Notes: a model not told the origin generated them from the letters alone. DNA of 64,000 bases from an uncultured bacterium (GCA_963704645.1 OY969926.1:896001-960000); one strand, 5' to 3'; positions 48,206-58,205 are shown, counted from the stretch's first letter. Translations and numbers: made by a program.

Positions 48206-50044
48206 CTAGAAATAGCCTCGCCAAGAAATTATTGCCGCCTTAGTTACTTCCCCAAAATAACCAGTTGATCCACCTGCGTGATTAAACGTTCCTGCACTTT
48301 TCATACAATCTTGCAACTGGCGAACACGACTACTTGTTTCCCCAAAATTATAGGTTTGAGATTTTAAATCTGCACATGAAAACTGTGGTGTGGCAGAACC
48401 TTTGAACTTAGCAAAAGCCTCTGCTGTTACTGGGCCGAAATAGCCAGTATTGCTTGGCCAGTTGAACAAACCTACAGCCTTCAAACATTCTTGTAGTTTT
48501 ACAATTTCGCTGCCTGTTTGACCAATAGTATAACTTTTTTGTTTAAAATCATTACATGAACTTACTTCAGCATTAGCGGTGGTTTGGGCGGTGGAAGTGG
48601 TGGGCTGTGTGGAAGCGGAGCTTTGAGCTAACCAACTTTTTAATGCAGTTTGGGTTACTGGACCAAAATAGCCTGTATTAGAAGGGTAGCTAAATAAGCC
48701 AATAGCCCTCATACAACCTTGCAAAGTTTTTACTCTGTCACTTACTTCACCAAGAGTATAACTTTGAGTTTTTAAACTATCGCAGCTATTATTGTCTGCA
48801 GTGGTGGATGTATCTGATGTTTTTGTTCCACTTGGGGTTTGAGCTTGTTTTTTTGCAGCCGCAGTAATTTCTCCAAAATAGCCTGTATTACTTGGCCAAT
48901 TGAAAAGACCCATTGTTCTTAAACATTGTTGTAAACTTCTAATGTCTTCACTAACATCCCCTATATTGTAATTGGCATTAATTAAAGCAGAACATCTATC
49001 AGCGTTATCTTTAGAAGTAATTCCTAATTTCTTATCACGAATATAATTTTGCAATGCCTGATCAGTTACAACACCGTATAAACCGGTAATTTCCCTGGTC
49101 ATATAGTAACCTTCTTGCCTTAAATAAGTTTGAACAAGTTTAATGTTATCACTGCTTTGGCCAATAGAATAGCTTTTTGTTAACAAATCTTTAACCTGAT
49201 CATAAGAAACACTGGTAGCAGGAGCTGGAACAAGACCATCTTTATTCACCAGGTTTTTTGCGTCTAAATCTGCTCTAGGGTAAGTGCTGGAATCTACTCC
49301 CCAACCGTTAGATACAATAATAGCCCACAAATTATAGTTTCCCCAATAAACATGAGGTGTATACCTATAATTAGCAGCAGTTGCAGCATTGGTTAAAAAT
49401 ACATTATATTCGTCTAGGGTGGTAATTGTTTTATTTAGAATATATGGAGCCACCAATTGGTTACCTGATGAAGCTAAGTTGTAATTAAATTGTAACTGAT
49501 ACGCCGCCCAATTAACTTGATTTGCAAAGCCAAAATATTCTGTTGCGCATGCAGAAGTGTCTGGACAGCCATAGCCCATCGCTGTTTTTATTCTACTTTC
49601 AGGATCTCTACTTGTGTCGTAGCTGCTTAGAGACAATAAAGACTGCTCCTTTTCTAAGTAGGCTAAAATTAGACCAGGGTTTAAATTAGGAACTACTCCC
49701 CATTTGCTACTAGTTTGCCCTCTAGCTGAAGCAAAAATCCAGTAACTAGCACGCTTACCCTGTTCAGTATAGTTTTTTAAAGGGGAATTTACACTGTCTA
49801 AATAGCTTTGCACTTTAGCTTCCGTATCAAATACTCTAGTTGAGCTAAAGGTTTGGTCACTAACTATAAAATTTTTATCAAATTGTGGGGTGTTAGAATA
49901 GGCTCCTAAAACCGAATCTGGTGGGTTTACTATTTTTGCAATATCAACTTTAGCACTATAAAAATTAAATACAGCTAAGCTGGCTAACAATAAGTTAACA
50001 AGTATTAAACCAAAGGTTAATTTCAATATATTATTCCTAGCCAT
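48206..50044 (-). CDS. Secreted protein with five peptidoglycan-binding-like repeats
   Basis: N-terminal TM; LEKEQSL...AMGYGCPD...YTPH domain; repeats LQ.C....G.F..PSNTGYFG.VT. Confidence 0.8.
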   Translation of the reverse strand: MARNNILKLTFGLILVNLLLASLAVFNFYSAKVDIAKIVNPPDSVLGAYSNTPQFDKNFIVSDQTFSSTRVFDTEAKVQSYLDSVNSPLKNYTEQGKRASYWIFASARGQTSSKWGVVPNLNPGLILAYLEKEQSLLSLSSYDTSRDPESRIKTAMGYGCPDTSACATEYFGFANQVNWAAYQLQFNYNLASSGNQLVAPYILNKTITTLDEYNVFLTNAATAANYRYTPHVYWGNYNLWAIIVSNGWGVDSSTYPRADLDAKNLVNKDGLVPAPATSVSYDQVKDLLTKSYSIGQSSDNIKLVQTYLRQEGYYMTREITGLYGVVTDQALQNYIRDKKLGITSKDNADRCSALINANYNIGDVSEDIRSLQQCLRTMGLFNWPSNTGYFGEITAAAKKQAQTPSGTKTSDTSTTADNNSCDSLKTQSYTLGEVSDRVKTLQGCMRAIGLFSYPSNTGYFGPVTQTALKSWLAQSSASTQPTTSTAQTTANAEVSSCNDFKQKSYTIGQTGSEIVKLQECLKAVGLFNWPSNTGYFGPVTAEAFAKFKGSATPQFSCADLKSQTYNFGETSSRVRQLQDCMKSAGTFNHAGGSTGYFGEVTKAAIISWRGYF

Positions 50045-50220
50045 TTTTGTTTTTGTTTTATTCCAGCACGATATTATAGCAATCTTAATTATTATAGCTA
50101 TTAAAACTATTTATGACAACACTAAGTTACCTTGCTTCGTAAATTATAAATTAGTCTGGCAAAATGACACATAAAGTCGCTCTTAGTATTTTCTAAAAGT
50201 ATAGGAAGAAACACTGCTAA

Positions 50221-51681
50221 CTAACTTTTATGCTTAAAGAAAAAGACAACCAAAGGGGTTTTAAACAATATCCATAAATCTTGCCAGAAGCTCCAGTTTT
50301 CCAAATAATAAACATCTAGTAAAACTTCTTCCTCAAAACTTAAATTACTTCTGCCGTTAACCTGGGCCATTCCAGTAATACCGGGCTTAATATTTAAAAC
50401 TTTTAAATGATGAGTTTTGTATTTCGCCACTTCCCTAGGCTGATGCGGACGAGGGCCAACTAAAGACATACTTCCCAAAAAAACGTTAATAAGCTGAGGT
50501 AATTCGTCTAAGCTATATTTTTCAATAAACTTTCCTACCTTAGTACTTCTTGGGTCATCTTTAATTTTGTACAAAATATCATCTCGCATGTTTTGCTTTT
50601 TAATTAGTTCTGCTTCAAATTGCAAGGCTTCTTTACTGCTTGGATTGCTTTCTGAAGTGTTAAACTGATTATAGTAACGCCTGAACTTCCACAGTTTGAA
50701 CACTCGCCCATCTGGACCAATTCTTTCGCTTAAATAGAAAACATTACCTTTAGATTCAATAATAATAGCCAAACTAATTATAATCCAAGCTGGGAAAGTA
50801 ATTATTATTAAAGCCAACGAGCCAAAAATATCGAACAGGCGTTTCCAAATTAACATCCATCCATCTAAATTAGTATGTTTAAGTTCAAGGAAAAAAGTTT
50901 TGTGAATTTCTTGAAACTTGGTACTATAAGCCCCATATTTTTCTAAACCAGACGGGTGAACCAAAAACACCACTTTGTGTAATTCAGCCAAGCTAGCCAG
51001 CCTGGTTTCTAAAGCACTGTTGTTAGAAAACAAATATATTTCAGAAACTTGCCCGTATTTAATTAGGTCGGAAACTGCCAAAAAACTATCTGCATCTAGT
51101 TCGGAATAATTGTATATTGTGCCAACTTCCTGCTTGCTAGCCAGCCATTTACCAATTTCAGGATCTTTTCCAATTAGAACAACTTTGGTTTTCCAAAAAC
51201 TTAGTTTGTACATTATTTGGTCCAAAGCCCACATAGCAAGCCTTGCCAAAACTACGCAGTAAAAAATTACAAACCCTCCTGTTCCCAAAATAAATCTGCT
51301 AATAGGAACACCTACCGGTAACACTTCCCTGTTATATTCGTTAAAGAAGAAATATGTAATAACAGCCAATAAAATAGAGAAAATACCTAAAAATAATTCA
51401 AAAAAAGTTAGCAGCCATTTTTGTTTTCTATTGACTTCGTATAACCCAAGAAGACTGTAAATAACTACAATAGTAACACCCAAAAACAAGCTGAAATAGA
51501 AATAATCTATTCTATCAATTTGTTTATTTTCCGAAAGTTGAAAACCCAATAATGTGTCATCGTTAAACCACCTGTATCTAATTAAATACACCAAACCGCA
51601 GCCAAAAACTATGCTAAAAAAATCTAGAATAGGTTGAAAGGCAGTCTTCCAAATTTTTCTTGTATTAGTATTGAACAACAT
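50221..51681 (-). CDS. Polyprenyl glycosylphosphotransferase (WcaJ/WbaP-type sugar transferase)
   Basis: KRLFD, KFR, DDPR.T.VG, SLDELPQL.NV..G.MSLVGPRP, KPGITG.AQV.GR, D..Y..NWS. Confidence 0.93.
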   Translation of the reverse strand: MLFNTNTRKIWKTAFQPILDFFSIVFGCGLVYLIRYRWFNDDTLLGFQLSENKQIDRIDYFYFSLFLGVTIVVIYSLLGLYEVNRKQKWLLTFFELFLGIFSILLAVITYFFFNEYNREVLPVGVPISRFILGTGGFVIFYCVVLARLAMWALDQIMYKLSFWKTKVVLIGKDPEIGKWLASKQEVGTIYNYSELDADSFLAVSDLIKYGQVSEIYLFSNNSALETRLASLAELHKVVFLVHPSGLEKYGAYSTKFQEIHKTFFLELKHTNLDGWMLIWKRLFDIFGSLALIIITFPAWIIISLAIIIESKGNVFYLSERIGPDGRVFKLWKFRRYYNQFNTSESNPSSKEALQFEAELIKKQNMRDDILYKIKDDPRSTKVGKFIEKYSLDELPQLINVFLGSMSLVGPRPHQPREVAKYKTHHLKVLNIKPGITGMAQVNGRSNLSFEEEVLLDVYYLENWSFWQDLWILFKTPLVVFFFKHKS

Positions 51682-51685
51682 TTTA

Positions 51686-52057
51686 CTAAATCTTATTTTC
51701 TACAAAAACTAGCATAGAAGCCAAAAAATAATACATTCCCACAATTGAAATTACGAAGAAAAGAACGCTTAAAACCAAGCTAACCATGCCTTTATTTTGC
51801 ATCTGCTTAGGAAAAAACAGATTTAAAAACTTTTCCGCCAGCATTATGCAACCAGTGAATACGCCAAAAACAAGAACACCAAGAATTAAAGCCGAAACGT
51901 ATTCATTAATGCTTTTTACAAAGGTATTAATTTTAAGAAGATCTACTATCAAAATAAATACAAAACAAGATATGCTGAACAGTGAAGTAAAAACCCACAA
52001 GGCCGTTGATAGAACCAAAAAATTTATACTGCTAAGGCTCTTGCTTTCTTCTGACAT
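51686..52057 (-). CDS. Hypothetical 3-TM protein (start approximate)
   Basis: Hydrophobic ORF ending 4 bp before the sugar transferase start. Confidence 0.65.
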   Translation of the reverse strand: MSEESKSLSSINFLVLSTALWVFTSLFSISCFVFILIVDLLKINTFVKSINEYVSALILGVLVFGVFTGCIMLAEKFLNLFFPKQMQNKGMVSLVLSVLFFVISIVGMYYFLASMLVFVENKI

Positions 52058-52176
52058 TTGTTTAAAAATATAGATTTGGGGGAAATTTGTCAACCTTAAC
52101 ATGGTTATAAACCAACCTGAAAAATTAGCATTTGATGTTTGAAACACAACATAGAATTTTTATAGTACCAATTGTG

Positions 52177-52854
52177 TTAAAACTCAATAACTGTATTTCT
52201 ACCTTTTGCTATAGCTTTTTTCCAAATATCTAATTTATGCGTTTCTAGCTCAAGTTCTTTTGCTGAAAGGTTAATATTGGTTTTTATTGATTGATCTATT
52301 GTTTTTTTAATTGCTTCTGGAAGAGTAATTTTCAAAATGCTTTCTTTAATAGAATCTCTGCCAAAGCCTTTGTACCTATGATATAAATCTGGATAAACTG
52401 GACCATGCTCCCAAGCTTGCAGAGTAAAATTGAAATACCTAAAACCCAATTCATCAAACAATTCTTTATCTATGAAAAACAATAGTTTGTTAATTTTTAA
52501 GTTGGAAATATCAAAATTGTCTCCTAAAAGTTTTTCACCTTGTCCTAGAATATAATTAGCAATTTCAAAAATTGATAAACTGCCTGCTGGTTTTATAAAG
52601 TCTAGTTCAAGCCCTGTAGCTTTGCAAAACTTAGCAATTGTACCAGTTGTAATTCCACCATCAAGGCTTTCAATACGGGAAATTACAGTTTGGGTTACAC
52701 CCATTTTTTCAGCAAGTTCAAGCTGAGTAAGGCCAAGTTCAAGTCTGTGTTTTTTAATTTTTAAGGCAACTTCAATTTCCTCGGTGCGTTTGGCAATAGC
52801 AGTAGTAAACTCTGGGGAAGAGATTATTTCTTGAAGTTTTTTTACGTTAGACAT
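52177..52854 (-). CDS. HigA-like HTH + Panacea (DUF4065) antitoxin fusion
   Basis: GLTQLELA.KMG..Q.VISRIE; IANYIL...ISNLKINKLLFF...QAWEHGPVYP.LY...TH...W. Confidence 0.85.
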   Translation of the reverse strand: MSNVKKLQEIISSPEFTTAIAKRTEEIEVALKIKKHRLELGLTQLELAEKMGVTQTVISRIESLDGGITTGTIAKFCKATGLELDFIKPAGSLSIFEIANYILGQGEKLLGDNFDISNLKINKLLFFIDKELFDELGFRYFNFTLQAWEHGPVYPDLYHRYKGFGRDSIKESILKITLPEAIKKTIDQSIKTNINLSAKELELETHKLDIWKKAIAKGRNTVIEF

Positions 52855-53242
52855 ATGGAAAAAGTATTTTAAATTTGGTGTTTTGATAAATTACAAGATT
52901 GTTTTCTCCTTTTTTTATTTCTTTAGTCTCAGTTTTTTGAGTTTTTTTGGTAAATCCGTGGAGAACTACAAAATTTGGTTTTTCTATAGTATAAAAAAAT
53001 CTACAAATATTATTTCCACTTTTTACCCTTAATTCAAAACAACGAAAGTTACCATGAACAAAATGTTTTATATCTGTAAAACTAGCATGCTCATCTGGCA
53101 AGGATTTTATACGGGAAATGGCTTTAACAAAGAGTTCTTTATTAGTTTTTGAAAGATCAATAAGGTAGTCTGCAACTGGTGAGTTTATTCCATCGTCGCT
53201 AACTAAATAAACCTTAAAATTTTCAAATACATTTGTTGCCAT
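52847..53242 (-). CDS. RelE/HigB (Gp49-like) toxin; start approximate
   Basis: SPV.DYL, FELRVK, R.FY, VLHGF.KKTQKT..KEI. Confidence 0.88.
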   Translation of the reverse strand: MATNVFENFKVYLVSDDGINSPVADYLIDLSKTNKELFVKAISRIKSLPDEHASFTDIKHFVHGNFRCFELRVKSGNNICRFFYTIEKPNFVVLHGFTKKTQKTETKEIKKGENNLVIYQNTKFKILFPYV

Positions 53243-53325
53243 ATACAATCCAATTATAAAATATAGCAAAATTGTAATATTGTCAAAAGGGGTATAGCAA
53301 AATATTCAAAACGAAAGTAAGATTC

Positions 53326-53916
53326 CTATATATTTTTAGGTTTAATTTTTGCTGGATATTCGTATACAAACTTTAATATCATTTCAATCATAGTAATCAA
53401 ATCTTCCGCATCTTCTTTTAAAATAGACGGTATTTCATGGGTTGCTTCATTTCCTTTGTTTCTAATATGGTCTACCCAGACTTTAGAGTTAGGTGGTGTA
53501 TAATGATTATCATCTAGCCACTTAACATACTCAGCAAACTTTAGTCCAGTATCTACACCCTGCGATACAGCAATATTCATCAACAATTTTCTGCTACCTA
53601 ATACTGAAAGAGTGTAAGCACCTACAGAAAAAGATTGCCTTGTTTCATTATAAAGCTCATGAACAGTGCTGTCTAAGTTACCAATATCATCTCCAATAAT
53701 TGGCCCAGGAATTTGTTTATCATCTTCATTAAAGAAAGTTGGATTAAAGCAATGCGGACAAGTGTATATTAAGCTTTCTCTGCTTGACCTTCCATTTTTT
53801 AATACATCTGCTACATAAGATTTATCTGATGATATAGTGTTCGAACAATATCCACATTTAAAACTTTTTCCTGTTACTGAAATTGGATTATGCCAACTAT
53901 GAATTTTAGAATACAT
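53326..53916 (-). CDS. DUF4145 (HEPN) protein with Zn ribbon
   Basis: CGYC...CPHC; LY.E...RKLL; IRNKGNEATH. Confidence 0.85.
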   Translation of the reverse strand: MYSKIHSWHNPISVTGKSFKCGYCSNTISSDKSYVADVLKNGRSSRESLIYTCPHCFNPTFFNEDDKQIPGPIIGDDIGNLDSTVHELYNETRQSFSVGAYTLSVLGSRKLLMNIAVSQGVDTGLKFAEYVKWLDDNHYTPPNSKVWVDHIRNKGNEATHEIPSILKEDAEDLITMIEMILKFVYEYPAKIKPKNI

Positions 53917-53933
53917 ATTTTTTAGTATAGATT

Positions 53934-54527
53934 TTACTTATTTAAGTAATTAATTAGTTGATTAATTATACTTGGGTTAAGAATTATTGAAGAAACAATA
54001 TTTGCTAAAACATTATCACCCAAAGTTTTTATAAATTTTGCAGCTTTAGTGAAATTATTAGTTGTCTTATATTCTGTTAAAGCATCTTTGAGATTTTCTT
54101 TTTGCTCGTCGTCTAAATCTGTTTCTAATATATCTACAAATATTTCAAAGCTTATGATTTGACTTTGTTGCTGTGACTGGTTTTGGGTATTATTAATAAT
54201 TACACCAGATTGTGAGTTACCAAGCTCTTGCTTATTTCCTTTTACTACTGTTAAACCAAAAATTTTTATCTGTTCTATAATAGCTTTTAGGCATTGCCTG
54301 GCTCTTTCATTTTTTTGTTCATAAAAATTACCTGGTTGAGTACTTAAACCAGTGTATGATTCATTTTTAAAATAACTAACAATGTGATGGTCTTCTCCAA
54401 AAATGGTATTTAGTAAATGTAAAGATTCTTTGTACCAAGGAATATAGTCTGCTTTAATGTTTGTAAAATCATTAGACCTTGTTATTCTTGTCTGAATTGA
54501 CTCTATTATTAAGTTATCATTTAGCAT
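53934..54527 (-). CDS. Hypothetical protein
   Basis: 197-aa ORF with an N/Q-rich linker (NNTQNQSQQQSQ) in the defence cluster. Confidence 0.7.
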   Translation of the reverse strand: MLNDNLIIESIQTRITRSNDFTNIKADYIPWYKESLHLLNTIFGEDHHIVSYFKNESYTGLSTQPGNFYEQKNERARQCLKAIIEQIKIFGLTVVKGNKQELGNSQSGVIINNTQNQSQQQSQIISFEIFVDILETDLDDEQKENLKDALTEYKTTNNFTKAAKFIKTLGDNVLANIVSSIILNPSIINQLINYLNK

Positions 54528-54598
54528 AGCAATGTATTTGAATAAGCAATCATATCACCCTTTTTGTTAATTTAATCAGCATTAACCCCTACCCCAAA

Positions 54599-54973
54599 TT
54601 AAACCAAAGCAATATCAAACAAATCTTTGTATTTAAATTCCATTTTTATATCGGCACTTAATACTTTTGCCTTGTTTCTTTTTGCCACACATAGTTCAAT
54701 ACAGTCCTCTATATCATCTATGTTTTTAGCCAAATTAAAGGCTAAATGACAGTCTGCAGGGTTAATTTCTTGCAGTTCAAAATTACTTAAAAAACTATAA
54801 ATCTCTTCTTTGGTATAATCCTTTCTTAAAATATAAAAGCAAGTAGCAAAAGTATGTGTAGAAATAGAAAGTATATCAAAATTCTTTAAAATTTCTAAAA
54901 TTTTAGGCTTCCTTTCCCTTCCAGCAATTATATCAATTACAATATTTTTATCTAATAAAAGGTTATTTTTCAT
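54599..54973 (-). CDS. vapC: PIN-domain toxin
   Basis: LLDKNIVID, DIEDC, SAD. Confidence 0.8.
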   Translation of the reverse strand: MKNNLLLDKNIVIDIIAGRERKPKILEILKNFDILSISTHTFATCFYILRKDYTKEEIYSFLSNFELQEINPADCHLAFNLAKNIDDIEDCIELCVAKRNKAKVLSADIKMEFKYKDLFDIALV

Positions 54974-55250
54974 ATACGCCAGCAGTTAATTTTCTAAAAT
55001 TTTCTTTTTCTTTAGCAGGATCGGCTTCATTAAATATTGGGCTAGTTAATTTTTTGGAAGGTAAATTTTCAAAATACTCAACTGCTTTTTGGCTTTGAGT
55101 TTTATTTTTTGATGCATCATTATTTACAGGCACAATTTGAAACAATTTCCCATAATAATCTAGGAAAAAGTCTTTTTCGTTGCCGCTATATATTTTTTCT
55201 AAAATTTCTTTAAGATTTTCACGAAACTGTACTGTTTTTACAATAGTCAT
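54963..55250 (-). CDS. Putative Phd/YefM-like antitoxin
   Basis: QFRENL.EIL; overlaps the PIN gene; upstream repeat atattaaaggtt x2. Confidence 0.65.
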   Translation of the reverse strand: MTIVKTVQFRENLKEILEKIYSGNEKDFFLDYYGKLFQIVPVNNDASKNKTQSQKAVEYFENLPSKKLTSPIFNEADPAKEKENFRKLTAGVYEK

Positions 55251-55304
55251 ATATTAAAGGTTTAATATTAATATTAAAGGTTAAACTTTATAAACTGTCA
55301 ACCC

Positions 55305-55616
55305 CTACCCAACCTTCAGCTCAACCTTCAAATGGCTATACCCAGAATACAACTTTTCCTCAAAAATAGAACAATTAGTTTTTAAGAAGGCCAGCATGGT
55401 TTTGTTCTCGCATTGAATTTTAATGTTCAACAGGGTTTGATCTTCGTCTAACTTAATGAATATTTTAACTTGCTCTATCTCGGCTTCGTCTAAATTTAGA
55501 TCTTTTAGAATGGAAACTATATCTTCCCGAATTGTGAAATTAAGAAAGGCAAGCTGTTTTAACTTGCCCATTCCTGTTTGTTGAATTTTATCGCTTAGTT
55601 TGTATGGTTTGGCCAT
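55305..55616 (-). CDS. Hypothetical protein, weakly DciA/DUF721-like
   Basis: Directly downstream of rnj; C-terminal L.I.C.N......LK......KL pattern. Confidence 0.5.
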   Translation of the reverse strand: MAKPYKLSDKIQQTGMGKLKQLAFLNFTIREDIVSILKDLNLDEAEIEQVKIFIKLDEDQTLLNIKIQCENKTMLAFLKTNCSIFEEKLYSGYSHLKVELKVG

Positions 55617-55629
55617 GGCTAGCGAATTT

Positions 55630-57771
55630 TTAAACCTGAACAATTACTGGAATAATCATTGGGTCTTTATCGGTTTTTTGGGCAATAAAGTCTTTGGTGA
55701 TGTTCTTAATTTGCTGACGCATTTCAGTCCAATAAGTTTTAGATTCTGGGTCTAAATTAATTCTTTCAAATTTAGCTCTAATTTCTTCTCTTATTTGGTC
55801 GAATAAATCTACACTGGTTTTCATGTATACAAAACCACGACTAATTAATTCTGGGCCGCCAACAAGTTTCTTTTGTTTGTTAACTAATAGCACCACAATT
55901 ACGCTACCTTGCTTGCTCATTTGTCTTCGTTCTTCTAAAACTAGTTCAGAAACTGCACCAACTCCTGTTCCGTCTACTAATAAATAGCTTTCGGTAACAA
56001 CGTCGTCGGTTAATACAACTTCTTTAGAACGTAATTCTACAATTCTACCGTTTTCGCCAATTAAACAGTGTTCTGCTGGAATACCCATTCCTGCTCCAAG
56101 TTCTCCAACTTTCTTCAACATGTAGTGGCTACCGTGAATTGGTTGTAAATAGTCTGGTCTAGTTAAAGCAAACAATAATTTCAAATCTTCTTGGCAAGCA
56201 TGTCCGGAAACATGTAATCTAAATTCTGATGGGGAAAATACAGTTACACCTTTTCTAGAAAGTTGGGCAATTAAAGCTTGAATAGAATCTTCGTTACCAG
56301 GAATAGTTGTAGAGCTAAAAATAACTGCATCACCGCCTTGTAATCTAATTTGGTCGTGTTCGTCACGTGACATTCTGCTTAAACCAGCCAATTCTTCACC
56401 TTGTGAACCTGTTGCTAAAATACAAACTTGGTTATCTTGTAATTTACCAATTTCGTTCATTTCAATAATTAAACCTTGTGGAACTTTCAAATAACCTAGC
56501 TCGAAACAAGCCTTAAAGTTATTTACCATAGATCTTCCAACCAACGCCAGCCTTCTGTTATATTTAACACAGGCATCAATAACTAATTGTGCTCTAGAAA
56601 TTGAAGAAGCAAAGGTTGTAAAAATTATACGTCCTTCACATTCGCCAAAAATTCTAGAAATTGTCTGGCCAATTACCTTTTCTGAAATTTGGTAACCTGG
56701 TTTTAAAACACCTAATGAATCGGTAAGCAAAAGCCTTACACCTTCATCTCCTAATTCGGCTAATTTTCCGTAATCGCTTAAATGTCCGTCAATTGGGGTA
56801 TTATCGAACTTCCAATCTGTAGCGTAAACAATTCTACCCATTGGTGTGTCTATTGCTAAACCAACTACGTCTGGAATGGAGTGATTTAATCTGAAGAATT
56901 GGAATCTGAAAACACCTAAACTTAGTGGTTGTTCTAAATTAATAATTCTTGCTACAAGTTTGTCGGCTAATTCAAATTCTTGAAGTCTGTTTTTTAGAAG
57001 TGCCAAAGTAAGCGGCATGCTAAAAATTGGGATTGGGCCTAATTTAGGCAAAATGTAAGGAGCAGCACCAATATGATCTAAGTGACCATGAGTGTAAATT
57101 AAACCTCTAATTTTGTGCCTATTTTGTTCAATGTAAGCAGTGTCAGGAATAATGTAGTCAACACCTGGGAATCTTTCGCCACCTCCAAAACCAAGACCGC
57201 TGTCAATTAATACAATGTCATCACCGCATTCAATAGCTGTCATGTTCATTCCTACTTCGTTTGTTCCACCTAAAGGAATTAATTTAACAATATTGCCTTC
57301 AGGAAAAACTGGAGCGGAATTTGTAGCAATTAATGGACCAGTATTAAAAGAAGGGGAAACAGTGGCGTGACCTAAGTTGCCTTTTGTCATCATTCCTGTT
57401 TTCTTGTTGAATCTACCACCTGGGTTAGGACCTCCGCTAGAAATTTCAAAAGTTCCAGGTTCGTTCTGATTTTCGTTTCTTCTAGTCATGAAATGTGACC
57501 TATCTGAAGTTACAGCAGAAGTTCTTGGCTCAGTTGAAACTGGTCTTCTGTTTCCGCCATTTCGCCTTTGTTGGCCTTGGCCAGAATTGCCACCACCAGA
57601 ATTATTATTTCTTTGTTGAGGCCTAGGTGGTTGCTTGAAAGCGTTCACCCTTGGAACAGGGTTGCTTGGTTTTTTGTTTAAATTTGCAGGCTCGCTATAA
57701 TTGATAGCCAAACCTTTATTAATTTCCGCAGAATTTGTCTGAGGAACGTTTGAGTTGTTTTCGTTTAACAT
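55630..57771 (-). CDS. rnj: Ribonuclease J with long disordered N-terminal extension
   Basis: PLGG..EVG.NM, THGHLDHIG, HSIPD, TDWKFD, TGSQGE, HVSGHA, PIHG, SRGFVY. Confidence 0.96.
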   Translation of the reverse strand: MLNENNSNVPQTNSAEINKGLAINYSEPANLNKKPSNPVPRVNAFKQPPRPQQRNNNSGGGNSGQGQQRRNGGNRRPVSTEPRTSAVTSDRSHFMTRRNENQNEPGTFEISSGGPNPGGRFNKKTGMMTKGNLGHATVSPSFNTGPLIATNSAPVFPEGNIVKLIPLGGTNEVGMNMTAIECGDDIVLIDSGLGFGGGERFPGVDYIIPDTAYIEQNRHKIRGLIYTHGHLDHIGAAPYILPKLGPIPIFSMPLTLALLKNRLQEFELADKLVARIINLEQPLSLGVFRFQFFRLNHSIPDVVGLAIDTPMGRIVYATDWKFDNTPIDGHLSDYGKLAELGDEGVRLLLTDSLGVLKPGYQISEKVIGQTISRIFGECEGRIIFTTFASSISRAQLVIDACVKYNRRLALVGRSMVNNFKACFELGYLKVPQGLIIEMNEIGKLQDNQVCILATGSQGEELAGLSRMSRDEHDQIRLQGGDAVIFSSTTIPGNEDSIQALIAQLSRKGVTVFSPSEFRLHVSGHACQEDLKLLFALTRPDYLQPIHGSHYMLKKVGELGAGMGIPAEHCLIGENGRIVELRSKEVVLTDDVVTESYLLVDGTGVGAVSELVLEERRQMSKQGSVIVVLLVNKQKKLVGGPELISRGFVYMKTSVDLFDQIREEIRAKFERINLDPESKTYWTEMRQQIKNITKDFIAQKTDKDPMIIPVIVQV

Positions 57772-58130
57772 AAATGTAAATGGATTATGAATAATCTCTT
57801 GCTCTAAAGAATTCCCTAAGGAATTAGAACTTTGAACCAGACGAAAAAGTAAATTAAATTTGCAGAAATTAAAGTATTTCTAAGTTATTAAAACTTTACC
57901 CTCTCGCTTGCCTCCCAGCTGTATTTATTTTTATTAAAGGAAGTTTCGCCTTTTGAAACTTATTTGAAATTAGTATACTATAATGTTTAAGTAATCATCT
58001 AAATGTAAACCTCTCTGTAGAAATGAAAATCTGTTACTTTGAATTTATATTAAAGTTTTGAATTAACAATATCTAGGACAAATTAAATTTGGAATGAATG
58101 TAGTATTTGTTTTTTGTTTGAATTTTATTG

Positions 58131-58205
58131 TGGTGCCGAAGGTCAGAATCGGACTGACGACACGAGGCTCTTCAGGCCACTGCTCTACCACTGAGCTACT
58201 TCGGC
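58131..58205 (-). tRNA. tRNA-Phe(GAA), CCA encoded
   Basis: GCCGAAG/CTTCGGC acceptor, GCTC/GAGC D-stem, anticodon loop CTGAAGA, GTCAG/CTGAC T-stem. Confidence 0.93.
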
